Of a stretch of 34,386 bases of DNA, positions 1 to 7,462 are shown in pieces. The DNA comes from a virus (lineage: Duplodnaviria > Caudoviricetes): positions 1 to 34,386 of the IMG/VR virus record IMGVR_UViG_3300043173_000268. One strand, given 5' to 3'. The notes below the pieces were generated by a model that saw only the letters and a list, made by a program, of their open reading frames with translations, did not search any database and was not told where the DNA came from. The position numbers and the translations under genes are program-made. Position 1 is the first letter of the stretch, and every line of letters begins with the position of its first letter.

Positions 1-127
1 TTTAGCCTCAATCTGAGCCAATCGTTCAGCCTCAACTCTTTTAGCCTCAATCTGAGCCAATCGTTCAGCCTCAACTCTTTTAGCCTCAATCTGAGCCAAT
101 CGTTCAGCCTCAACTCTTTTAGCCTCA
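1..127. repeat. 39-bp tandem repeat (about 3.3 copies) at the left end; bases 1-116 are identical to 34271-34386
   Basis: Unit TTTAGCCTCAATCTGAGCCAATCGTTCAGCCTCAACTCT repeated without spacers; encodes EAKRVEAERLAQI on the minus strand. Confidence 0.97.
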
Positions 128-807
128 GCCAATCTCTTAACTTCGATTGCATCTGCCAATTCTTTGGCCTGTCGTTCAACCATTTTGTCGTATTCATGTT
201 TACGATTTATTAAAGTTTGTTTTAACAAATCAACAGACATTCGCAACAAAGCTTCACTATCTCGCACCAAATCAACATCATATTTATTGATGATAGCCAG
301 TTTTTCGCTGGTTTCCCGTGCGTTATTATCCAACCTTAACCCTAAGTTAGATAATTCTGTTTTCATTAAAGACATGAAATCCTTTGACTTCCCAGCGATG
401 GTTTCTAACGCCATTTGATTTAAATCAAAACTTGATTTATAAACGACATGAGCTTGCGACTTGCTGATTAATTTAGTGGCATTTTCAACGAAGTAATTAA
501 TTGCATCGTCTTTGATTTTTTGCTTCGCATTTTGGACGTTTTTATTTGCTAACAGCCTTTGCTCACGGCTATTTTCAATCGTAAAACCAACTTTATCAAT
601 GCCTGCCAATTTAATTAGTCTTTGCTCAGCTATTTTTAAAACGTCCTCTCTTTCTTTGAGTTCTTTAATATCCTTTGATATTAACTTAATATCACCATCA
701 CTGGCAATAACAAGGCCTTTAACTGTCATTGCCTTATCATTAGTTGTAGCGATGAAATCGTTTAGTTCCTTTAAATCGTCCAGTTTTATAATTGCTATTT
801 CTCTCAT
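1..807 (-). CDS. 5' part of a coiled-coil protein that crosses the contig junction and ends at 34055 (about 340 aa if the 116-bp overlap is collapsed); possibly DUF1351-like
   Basis: Read by hand: AGGAGG RBS (815-820), ATG at 807, MREIAIIKLDDLKELNDF... open into the EAKRVEAERLAQI repeats and in frame with 34055..34369; absent from the ORF track because it runs off the end. Confidence 0.85.
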   Translation of the reverse strand, partial: MREIAIIKLDDLKELNDFIATTNDKAMTVKGLVIASDGDIKLISKDIKELKEREDVLKIAEQRLIKLAGIDKVGFTIENSREQRLLANKNVQNAKQKIKDDAINYFVENATKLISKSQAHVVYKSSFDLNQMALETIAGKSKDFMSLMKTELSNLGLRLDNNARETSEKLAIINKYDVDLVRDSEALLRMSVDLLKQTLINRKHEYDKMVERQAKELADAIEVKRLAEAKRVEAERLAQIEAKRVEAERLAQIEAKRVEAERLAQIEAK

Positions 808-809
808 TT

Positions 810-995
810 CTAAACCTCCTGTTTTTTAAGTTGTTGATAAGCCTTTCTAGTGCAATTTTTCAATTCAAGCGTACTACAATACCTATTGCCGCTTACTTCA
901 TAAATGCTTTTTTTATGACATTGATATTCTTTAGCATTGCCTATGTTTTCTTGTTCAGCCTGTTTTCTTAATGTTTTTGCTTTTCCGCCGTTCAT
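810..995 (-). CDS. hypothetical protein (61 aa)
   Basis: ORF track; AAGGAG RBS; in the leftward operon. Confidence 0.75.
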   Translation of the reverse strand: MNGGKAKTLRKQAEQENIGNAKEYQCHKKSIYEVSGNRYCSTLELKNCTRKAYQQLKKQEV

Positions 996-1024
996 TTTTT
1001 TACTCCTTGTTTTGCAAACTTTTA

Positions 1025-1263
1025 TTATGTAACTGTGGGTCTATTTAATCTATCAACTACTTTCATTAAAAGCTCTCTATCAGTGTCTATTAAACCCTCT
1101 ATAGCTTGCCACTTAACATGAAATGCTTTAACTTTATCATCATTTTTTTTGTAACTAAAATTTCTTTAGCTACCTTACTAATTTCATCATAACTACTATC
1201 TGTAGCACCACCAGCTACAGCTTGCACAAACTTAACAGATACTAAAATTTTATCTCCTTTCAT
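1025..1263 (-). pseudogene. small ORF interrupted at an A8 tract (one extra A gives a 79-aa ORF; as assembled it is 54 aa)
   Basis: ATGA overlap with the exonuclease stop; MKGDKILVSVKF...VTKK, then NDDKVKAFHVKWQAIEGLIDTDRELLMKVVDRLNRPTVT* in the shifted frame after T8 at 1143-1150. Confidence 0.5.
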
Positions 1264-1934
1264 TTTGACTCCTTTTTGTGAATTTCTAAAAGTTCCGAAA
1301 AAGACAAAATTATCTTTTCCATTTTTTCGATGTATTCGTTATCACGCTCAACGAAAATAATCAATGGCTTATAGTCTGGGTGATAAGACATGAACCACCA
1401 GCCATCAGCCCCAGTCGTCCAGATTGAACCCTGGACTTGGGGAATGTATTTTTTTGGCATTTGGTCGTTAATAACATAACTAATATGATTGCCCAATTTT
1501 GGGCATTTAATCTCTAAACCTGTCATATATTGAACGCTACCATCTTCAAATCCGATCGGTGGCGGTTGTGGAGTATCCATACATGGATATGCTGCGATCA
1601 ATCCATCGGGGCTACAAGCAATAGCCTTGGTGCTGTCTTTGTACACCATGCCTACCTCATGAGCCTCTTTGCCTTTTATCGCCTCAAAAAACAACCTCGC
1701 CTTTGGCTCTAACTCATTGCCCCTTGCCATGTCATCGCTGCAAAAATTGTCCTGCTGCTCGCCCGTGATGTGTTCAGCAATTAACTTGCCCATGTATTCA
1801 TTTGCACTTGCAGATTTTGAGCCGCTTGGTGTGATGAGTTTGCTAAACTCAGAGGCTGTAATAACGCCAAGCTTTGCCTTTAGCCATTCATCGCTACCTT
1901 GTTCAACGTTTAAGATTAAGTCTTTATTTATCAT
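1260..1934 (-). CDS. YqaJ / lambda-exonuclease family recombination exonuclease
   Basis: EQGSDEWL..K.G.ITAS, G.ELEP.A, SPDGL, LEIKCP and YIPQVQ motifs; near the RecT-like gene. Confidence 0.93.
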   Translation of the reverse strand: MINKDLILNVEQGSDEWLKAKLGVITASEFSKLITPSGSKSASANEYMGKLIAEHITGEQQDNFCSDDMARGNELEPKARLFFEAIKGKEAHEVGMVYKDSTKAIACSPDGLIAAYPCMDTPQPPPIGFEDGSVQYMTGLEIKCPKLGNHISYVINDQMPKKYIPQVQGSIWTTGADGWWFMSYHPDYKPLIIFVERDNEYIEKMEKIILSFSELLEIHKKESK

Positions 1935-2128
1935 TGTTCTGCACTCTTTACTTCTCTCGCAAGTTTTGCTAAACTTGTGATTATTTCGCTTGTTTTTTCA
2001 TGCACTCCATCGATTGATGTTGCTTCATACGCTATTGAATTTAATATTTTTCTCGCATTGTCAAGAGAGGTTATTAAAATAATGCGTTCGTCTTGTTCCT
2101 TTCTTGCTATTTCTTTTTTAGTCATCAT
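1931..2128 (-). CDS. hypothetical protein (65 aa)
   Basis: ORF track; ATGA overlaps at both ends. Confidence 0.7.
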   Translation of the reverse strand: MMTKKEIARKEQDERIILITSLDNARKILNSIAYEATSIDGVHEKTSEIITSLAKLAREVKSAEQ

Positions 2129-2499
2129 AATTCTGCCTTGTTTTTAAGCAACTCAGGGTTTTCATAGATATTGCCAACGACTGAATAGTGTTCTACTATT
2201 TCGCTAAGTAGTCCATACTTTTCGCCATTCTGTGCATCTTTGCAAGACCAACAAGCACCTTCTGCCGACCACTCTACAACTATCTCTGCGTCTAATCCTG
2301 AAAATAAAATATCGCACTCGTATATCTCAATTCCGTTTTTGTCTTTAAGACCTGTGAATTGCATTAAAAATTTAGATTTGTCTTTCATCAATCTAAGCAA
2401 ATGACCGCCAATATATACATCTTTAAATGCTTTTTTTGGATTAAAATATACCATTTTTTTATTTGTTTCATGCCACGCTCTAAACTTAATTTCTCTCAT
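2125..2499 (-). CDS. YopX family protein
   Basis: MREIKFRAW, LMQFTGLKDKNGIEIYE.DI and VVGNIYENPELL signature. Confidence 0.93.
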   Translation of the reverse strand: MREIKFRAWHETNKKMVYFNPKKAFKDVYIGGHLLRLMKDKSKFLMQFTGLKDKNGIEIYECDILFSGLDAEIVVEWSAEGACWSCKDAQNGEKYGLLSEIVEHYSVVGNIYENPELLKNKAEL

Positions 2500-2713
2500 T
2501 ATCTTGCTCCTTTACAATTTCGTAATCGCCATTCCAAACTATCATATTTCTTTTACAAACAATGCCGCTACGGTTTCCGCCAAGTGTTGAAATGTCAACT
2601 TTGATAGGCTCACCCGTGTAAGCCTGTTGTAAAATCACAAACTCCTGACCAATGCAATCGTTATACCAAGCATTTTTATTTAAAGAAGATTTGCTAGTAA
2701 TTTTAATTCTCAT
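2486..2713 (-). CDS. hypothetical protein (75 aa, MRIKITSK...)
   Basis: ATG at 2713 preceded by GAGGAG; overlaps the RecT-like stop. Confidence 0.7.
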   Translation of the reverse strand: MRIKITSKSSLNKNAWYNDCIGQEFVILQQAYTGEPIKVDISTLGGNRSGIVCKRNMIVWNGDYEIVKEQDNERN

Positions 2714-3623
2714 TGTCTTGCTCCTCGCTTTGACTTTTAACGCCATTCATAAATACAACCGCTTCTTGATATTGTGTTGAATTAATATCTTCCCACTTAT
2801 CGCACTTTAAATAATCGAACAATGGTATTAACTCAATGTTTAAAGTGTCTGACATTTCCGACAATTCTTTTATTTGCTTTTTGTTGATTTTTTCAGACTT
2901 GCTGTAATCTTGGTTTATATCGTAAACTTCAACGACTTTCTGCAAATCATCGTCTAGCCTTGGTATGTATCTAATTGCATCTAAAATTGCAGATTTGGCT
3001 GTCATGGCTTGTGTGTGATCGTTCCATGTATTGCTTGATTTTGAAAAACGACGATGAGTAGAAACAATGTCTGCGTAATGATGAAAACTCGTTGAAACTT
3101 CATTTTCAATATTTTTTAAAACGACAAAACAGCCCGTATATTCGCCTCTATCGTTAGCCTTTACTTCCCAAGATTTAACTATCGGCACATCGCTTGGAAT
3201 GCCAGAAAATTCAATTGGATATTTTTCATAAGTATGGAAAACATCAACAGATTTTATTGCTTTGCTTCTAACCAAAATTAAAATTAAAGCGTGATATGAA
3301 ATTTGAATGTCAGGCATTGTCAGCCATTTTTTGGCTTGACTTTGCATAGAAATGTTAATACCTCTTGTTTTTATATAAACCAACTTTTTGCCTTTGGCAA
3401 TGTCCAAACCAAGCTCATTAATAAATTTAAACTGAGTTTTTAACTCGCTAATAACACGTCTATCTTGAGATGTTGTAACGCTCGCAAATTTTTGATCAAC
3501 AGCGGCATAATTCAATAAATTTTCAACTTGAGAAGTTGGATTTATTGTGCTATTTATTTTTAATGTTGATATTGCCAATTCTAGCAGTTCTTTTTTTATG
3601 TCTATTTTTTGTGTTTCGCTCAT
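2703..3623 (-). CDS. RecT-family ssDNA annealing protein / recombinase
   Basis: LGLD....LVY, QISYHALI.ILVRS, W......M..KSAI..AIRYIP pattern; partnered with the YqaJ exonuclease. Confidence 0.82.
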   Translation of the reverse strand: MSETQKIDIKKELLELAISTLKINSTINPTSQVENLLNYAAVDQKFASVTTSQDRRVISELKTQFKFINELGLDIAKGKKLVYIKTRGINISMQSQAKKWLTMPDIQISYHALILILVRSKAIKSVDVFHTYEKYPIEFSGIPSDVPIVKSWEVKANDRGEYTGCFVVLKNIENEVSTSFHHYADIVSTHRRFSKSSNTWNDHTQAMTAKSAILDAIRYIPRLDDDLQKVVEVYDINQDYSKSEKINKKQIKELSEMSDTLNIELIPLFDYLKCDKWEDINSTQYQEAVVFMNGVKSQSEEQDNEN

Positions 3624-3640
3624 AATTTATCCTTTTATTG

Positions 3641-3757
3641 TCAAATTCCAAAAAAATCAACTAACCACAAAACAACAAAGCACGACGCAATTATTGCTAT
3701 TATTATCGTTGCTTGTTTTGTTGTCATTTCCTCGTGCTTTTTATAATCAAAACTCAT
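3641..3757 (-). CDS. small single-TM membrane protein (38 aa)
   Basis: Read by hand: AAGGGGGA RBS, MSFDYKKHEEMTTKQATIIIAIIASCFVVLWLVDFFGI*. Confidence 0.6.
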   Translation of the reverse strand: MSFDYKKHEEMTTKQATIIIAIIASCFVVLWLVDFFGI

Positions 3758-3783
3758 ATTTCCCCCTTATTATTTTATTTTGT

Positions 3784-4017
3784 TTAAAGTAAATCAGAAA
3801 TAGTTTGATTTAATTCAGTTGCTTTCTTTTGAAGATTTTTTTTAATTTGCATTAAAGCTTTGTCATCGTAAACTCTTTTTTGTTTTAAAGTATTTTCTAA
3901 AAGATAAAAATCAAGAATAAGCCCATCTCTTCTGTTATCATCGTTATTTATTTTGTTGATACCCGTAAACAACAAAGCCATTGCTTCCCCAATCGATATT
4001 TTTTTGTTTTCTTTCAT
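3784..4017 (-). CDS. hypothetical protein (77 aa)
   Basis: ORF track; ATGA coupling to the upstream gene. Confidence 0.7.
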   Translation of the reverse strand: MKENKKISIGEAMALLFTGINKINNDDNRRDGLILDFYLLENTLKQKRVYDDKALMQIKKNLQKKATELNQTISDLL

Positions 4018-4223
4018 TCCTGAGCCCTCTTTATCCTATCATCATCTATTTTATTTGTTATTAAACTGCCAAATGGTGCACTCCAAACGCCCGTTAATCT
4101 TGCCTGATTATCAAAGACTAAAGATAATTTTCTGCAAATCCAAACCGCCAATTTGACGGCTTTATTATCTGATTTTGCGTGGATATAAAAATCAATTTGA
4201 ACAATGTATCTTCTATTTTTCAT
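4014..4223 (-). CDS. hypothetical protein (69 aa)
   Basis: ORF track; operon context. Confidence 0.7.
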   Translation of the reverse strand: MKNRRYIVQIDFYIHAKSDNKAVKLAVWICRKLSLVFDNQARLTGVWSAPFGSLITNKIDDDRIKRAQE

Positions 4224-4365
4224 TTTTCACACCCTGATTTAATTGACAGTTATTGTCATTTGTTGCCATTTTATTACTCCAAAAGCACTCAGGGTGTGTA
4301 AACACAAAAACCATCAAAATTACTCCGAAAACCATCAAAATTACTCCGAAAATTAATTTTTTCAT
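4213..4365 (-). CDS. small membrane or secreted protein (50 aa) with a duplicated FGVILMV heptad
   Basis: Read by hand: TAATG coupling; MKKLIFGVILMVFGVILMVFVFTHPECFWSNKMATNDNNCQLNQGVKNEK*; 21-bp tandem duplication at about 4307-4351. Confidence 0.6.
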   Translation of the reverse strand: MKKLIFGVILMVFGVILMVFVFTHPECFWSNKMATNDNNCQLNQGVKNEK

Positions 4366-4739
4366 TAGTGAAAACCCCCATCATTAACACCATTCTCACG
4401 ATGTTTACGTGCCGATTCAGACTCACTCAAAACACCATGCAAATCGTCCTGCTCTTGCTTTGCTTCGTCTTGCAATTCTTGTGCTTTTTCGTTGATTATG
4501 TCTTCGTTATGATCCATAAACAACTTCATCATTATTTCACCAAGAATGCACGGGCTATTTATGATAATTGCTTCTGATATTTTCCTTTCGATTTTTTCCA
4601 AATTCATAGCGTAAAACACTCTTAAATATAAATTGTCTGCATCTGGAATTGCATCGTGTCCAAGACTCTCTAAGATGTCTATTTTTTTGAGTGCTATCAG
4701 GTCTATTAGTGCTTGGTGTTGGTGTTCGTTTAGTGTCAT
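4365..4739 (-). CDS. hypothetical acidic protein (124 aa)
   Basis: ORF track; GGAG RBS. Confidence 0.75.
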   Translation of the reverse strand: MTLNEHQHQALIDLIALKKIDILESLGHDAIPDADNLYLRVFYAMNLEKIERKISEAIIINSPCILGEIMMKLFMDHNEDIINEKAQELQDEAKQEQDDLHGVLSESESARKHRENGVNDGGFH

Positions 4740-4750
4740 TTTTTGCTCCG

Positions 4751-4975
4751 TTATTTTTTAATGTATTCATTGTGTATAGCTTCAATATTAAATAAAATCG
4801 CTAATAGACACAATAATGAGACCAAATAATTACCTGATATAATTAAAATTGCAGTCATTATCAAAAGTCCACTCAAGCAACCAAACAAAATAATGCCTAC
4901 ACATAAAAGACAATGCACCTCTTTTAAAAGTGCTGCATGTTTTTTTATCCAAAGTTTTGTTTTGCAAATTATCAT
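4751..4975 (-). CDS. small membrane protein with two TM segments (74 aa)
   Basis: ORF track; GAGG RBS; hydrophobic stretches. Confidence 0.65.
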   Translation of the reverse strand: MIICKTKLWIKKHAALLKEVHCLLCVGIILFGCLSGLLIMTAILIISGNYLVSLLCLLAILFNIEAIHNEYIKK

Positions 4976-5021
4976 AATTTCCTCTTATTGTTTGTTTTAA
5001 AGCCACCTGTGTAGTGGGAAA

Positions 5022-5065
5022 ATGCAACCTCATAAAGGGTTAAGTTGCCAAGCCCCATGGAGTTT
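5022..5065 (-). repeat. 44-bp conserved cassette 3' element, copy A (perfect inverted copy of 7463-7506)
   Basis: Reverse complement is AAACTCCATGGGGCTTGGCAACTTAACCCTTTATGAGGTTGCAT; directly follows a stop codon. Confidence 0.95.
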
Positions 5066-5236
5066 TTAATTCTGAATTAGGGTAATAGGTTTTTTACAAA
5101 ACATACATTCGTCATTTTCTGTGGGTTTATTATTTTTCCCACATGTTCTTGTATATCTCATGCCACACGCACTTTTAAATTCAACTCTTAAATGTGGTAA
5201 TTTTTTATCAGTTCGTTTGTATAAACATTTATCCAT
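5066..5236 (-). CDS. small Cys-rich, putative Zn-binding protein (56 aa); cargo of cassette A
   Basis: Read by hand: MDKCLYKR...SACGMRYTRTCGK...ECMFCKKPITLIQN*; directly behind the conserved leader and RBS. Confidence 0.75.
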   Translation of the reverse strand: MDKCLYKRTDKKLPHLRVEFKSACGMRYTRTCGKNNKPTENDECMFCKKPITLIQN

Positions 5237-5353
5237 TTTATTCTCTCTATAATTCCAAGTAAATCTGCTTGGTTCAGTTTGAGCTATCGCTCTTTTATGA
5301 ACTAGTTTTTTAATTCATATAGAGAATTATACATGTATTTTTGATAATGTCAA
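5237..5353 (-). promoter_or_regulatory. leftward sigma70-type promoter and conserved leader (cassette A)
   Basis: TTGACA (5353-5348), 16 bp, TATAAT (5331-5326); 29 bp identical to 7106-7134; CCAAG-CAGATTTA-CTTGG hairpin before the RBS. Confidence 0.88.
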
Positions 5354-5423
5354 ACACTAATTATTATTATTTTTAAAAATAATACTATATAATGTATTTT
5401 TAAACCAAAAAAAAAAGGACAAA

Positions 5424-5675
5424 ATGACATTAAACGACATACACGCAGATAAGAATTTAAAAGCGACTGAACGCCGAATTTTCCTTTGGCTCACTGATAA
5501 TTACAAAAAGGGGATTGAGTTTTATATCACTCATAGAAACATTGGGAAAGCGACTTGTGTTAATTATATAAACCTCCACGGTTATATATCTAATTTAGTT
5601 GAAAAAGGGTATTTGAAAAAAATAAAACACACCGATTTACTTGATAAATGTAATTCTTACATTATTTTGAAATAA
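5424..5675 (+). CDS. winged-helix / HTH DNA-binding protein (83 aa)
   Basis: D.NL...ERRIFLWL...I....IG........I..LVEKGYL pattern; AAGGA RBS. Confidence 0.7.
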   Translation: MTLNDIHADKNLKATERRIFLWLTDNYKKGIEFYITHRNIGKATCVNYINLHGYISNLVEKGYLKKIKHTDLLDKCNSYIILK

Positions 5676-5721
5676 GAGTAATAATGGCGTTTAGATTTGG
5701 TAAAAAAAACCTTAAATTAAA

Positions 5722-5884
5722 ATGAAAAAATCTCACCCACCATTTGTTTTAATTCCATTTGAAATGTTGACAGATAGTCGTCTCACTTTAAGACAAATAA
5801 AAGTGCTAATGGCGTAAAGCAAATACCAATCTTGCACGAATGAGTAGGCAGATGATAAGTGAATTACAAAAATGGGGGGGGTAA
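5722..5884 (+). pseudogene. decayed HTH replication-initiator-like gene
   Basis: MKKSHPPFVLIPFEMLTDSRLTLRQIKVLMA*, then RKANTNLARMSRQMISELQKWGG* in another frame; resembles N-termini of phage HTH replication proteins. Confidence 0.55.
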
Positions 5885-5885
5885 A

Positions 5886-6291
5886 ATGAATTTTTTTGAT
5901 GTTGACTATGAAAAAATCGTTAAAAACGAGGCTAGACTGATAAAAAAAATAAAAAAGCAAGCGGAGAAACTGGTAGAAGCTGCCATCCCTTATTGGCATT
6001 GTGGAGATGGTATGGGTGGGTGTGTTCATGAAATTATAGACAAAATAGCTGAACAAAAAGAATTACCGTGTTTAAAAAACCATATATCTGAAAAGACTGC
6101 AAAAAAAAAAGATAGGACAATCTTTAAGAAAGAAAGTATTTGAGAGAGATTTTTATAGATGTAAATTTTGCAACACACACATTGATTTATGTGTTGATCA
6201 TATCAAACCTGAAAGCAAAGGCGGAACTCTCGATTTGAATAATTTGCAAACATTATGCAGGTCTTGCAATTCTAAAAAAGGCAACAAATGA
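5886..6291 (+). pseudogene. HNH endonuclease split by a frameshift at the A10 tract (6101-6110); intact with A9
   Basis: The second frame reads KKIGQSLRKKVFERDFYRCKFC...VDHIKPESKGG..DLNNLQTLCRSCNSKKG*, a complete HNH/Zn motif with no start codon of its own. Confidence 0.85.
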
Positions 6292-7088
6292 AATACACTC
6301 TATACATTAATCAATTAAAGGCTATAGAGTTAGGAATAACCAATTTAAATCAAGCTCATATCTTTGACCTGCTGACAACTGCATCATCATGGGCGAGCGT
6401 TGAAATTATAAATAATGAGTATTTTTATTGGGTATCACGGCAGGCAATATGCCGTGAATTGGTTTTGTTAAACTTAAAACCAGACACGGTTTATAGACAT
6501 TTAAAATCATTAGAAAAAATTGGGCTAATAATTTACAAAAAATTAAACAAAAAAGACTGCGTAAGAATAACAAAAAAGGGGGGGAAATACCTCTCAAATA
6601 CAACTAAAATTACTATGTCGGAAATGAATCCGAAAAGACTCGGAAATAAATCCGAAAAAGGCTCAAAACTCGGAAATGAATCCGAAAAAGACTCGGAAAT
6701 GAATCCGACATATCAAACAACTAGTATTAATCAACTAAAGAAAAAAAGTACAAAAAAGAAAATTACAATCTATTCTGAAAAAGTTTTGAATTTCATACCC
6801 ACTCAAAAAACGGCAATTACATTTCAAAATAAATACCCATTACTTTTAAAAAAAGATTATTTAGAATTACTTGAACAATTCAAAGACCAAGCGTTGAATC
6901 GAAAACAACCCTTCAAAGATTTAAACGCAGGCTTTAGAATTTACTTAAATAAAGGATATGTTGAGCCAGTCAAACAAGTAGTCAGAAAAAACAAAATAAA
7001 CTCATTTAGAGACCTTGGCGACACTGTGAAAGCAAAACAACGAGGCAATATAAAGTCAGGTTTACCAGAACAAATATTAATCAATTAA
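6288..7088 (+). CDS. replication initiator (lambda O-like, N-terminal HTH)
   Basis: HTH (SRQAICREL...PDTVYRHLKSLEKIGLI) followed by internal iterons and an A-rich linker. Confidence 0.85.
   Translation: MKYTLYINQLKAIELGITNLNQAHIFDLLTTASSWASVEIINNEYFYWVSRQAICRELVLLNLKPDTVYRHLKSLEKIGLIIYKKLNKKDCVRITKKGGKYLSNTTKITMSEMNPKRLGNKSEKGSKLGNESEKDSEMNPTYQTTSINQLKKKSTKKKITIYSEKVLNFIPTQKTAITFQNKYPLLLKKDYLELLEQFKDQALNRKQPFKDLNAGFRIYLNKGYVEPVKQVVRKNKINSFRDLGDTVKAKQRGNIKSGLPEQILIN
6618..6708. promoter_or_regulatory. probable replication origin: four iterons TCGGAAAT(G/A)AATCCGA
   Basis: Copies at 6618, 6640, 6670 and 6693, each a TCGGA-N6-TCCGA palindrome inside the initiator gene, followed by an AT-rich stretch. 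Confidence 0.85.
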
Positions 7089-7097
7089 AAATAATAA

Positions 7098-7199
7098 AAT
7101 AATGCTTGACATTATCAAAAATACATGTATAATTATCTACATGAATTAAAGAAATTCAACTGAAACCAAGCAGAACTTGGGAATTATGGAGATAATAAA
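7098..7199 (+). promoter_or_regulatory. sigma70-type promoter and conserved leader (cassette B)
   Basis: TTGACA (7106), 16 bp, TATAAT (7128); TGAATT..AATTCA and CCAAG-CAGAA-CTTGG hairpins; GAATTATGGAGATAATAAAATG. Confidence 0.9.
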
Positions 7200-7460
7200 A
7201 TGACAAATTTAGAAAAATTAGGATTTACTACTTTGATTGTTAGAGCAATTAAAGCTGAAAATGAAAATGGACACGGCTTAATGAGCGATGATGAAACTAA
7301 CAAGCGACTACTTAAAGCGTTTGATGCAGTTAATAAAGAATTACTGACTGATGAGAGACTTATTCGACACGTTAAAGATGGTGCTACTTTTTTAGAGAAA
7401 GCGTTTGGACTTGATAATTATCACGAAATAAGAGATGCTGAACAAGGTCGCTATTTATAA
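7200..7460 (+). CDS. hypothetical protein (86 aa); cargo of cassette B
   Basis: ORF track; strong GGAG RBS. Confidence 0.85.
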   Translation: MTNLEKLGFTTLIVRAIKAENENGHGLMSDDETNKRLLKAFDAVNKELLTDERLIRHVKDGATFLEKAFGLDNYHEIRDAEQGRYL

Positions 7461-7462
7461 AT

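Noticed and set aside
1-127. 39-bp repeats as a CRISPR array or true terminal repeats
   Set aside because: The units are contiguous with no spacers, keep the reading frame and lie inside an ORF; no cas genes are present.
164-829. Plus-strand ORFs 164..418 and 512..829, and other antisense ORFs in the track (e.g. 16602, 18142, 18654, 19185, 24680, 26476)
   Set aside because: They are shadows of well-supported genes on the opposite strand and lack an RBS or motifs.
4255-4285. GGAGTAATAAAATGGCAACAAATGAC (minus) resembling the tail fibre start (MATND at 32280)
   Set aside because: The match is short and AT-rich, falls in frame within the 50-aa ORF and does not extend; probably chance.
6618-6708. 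Palindromic 16-bp repeats as a mini-CRISPR
   Set aside because: The gaps are only 6-14 bp and the array lies inside the initiator gene, which fits iterons.
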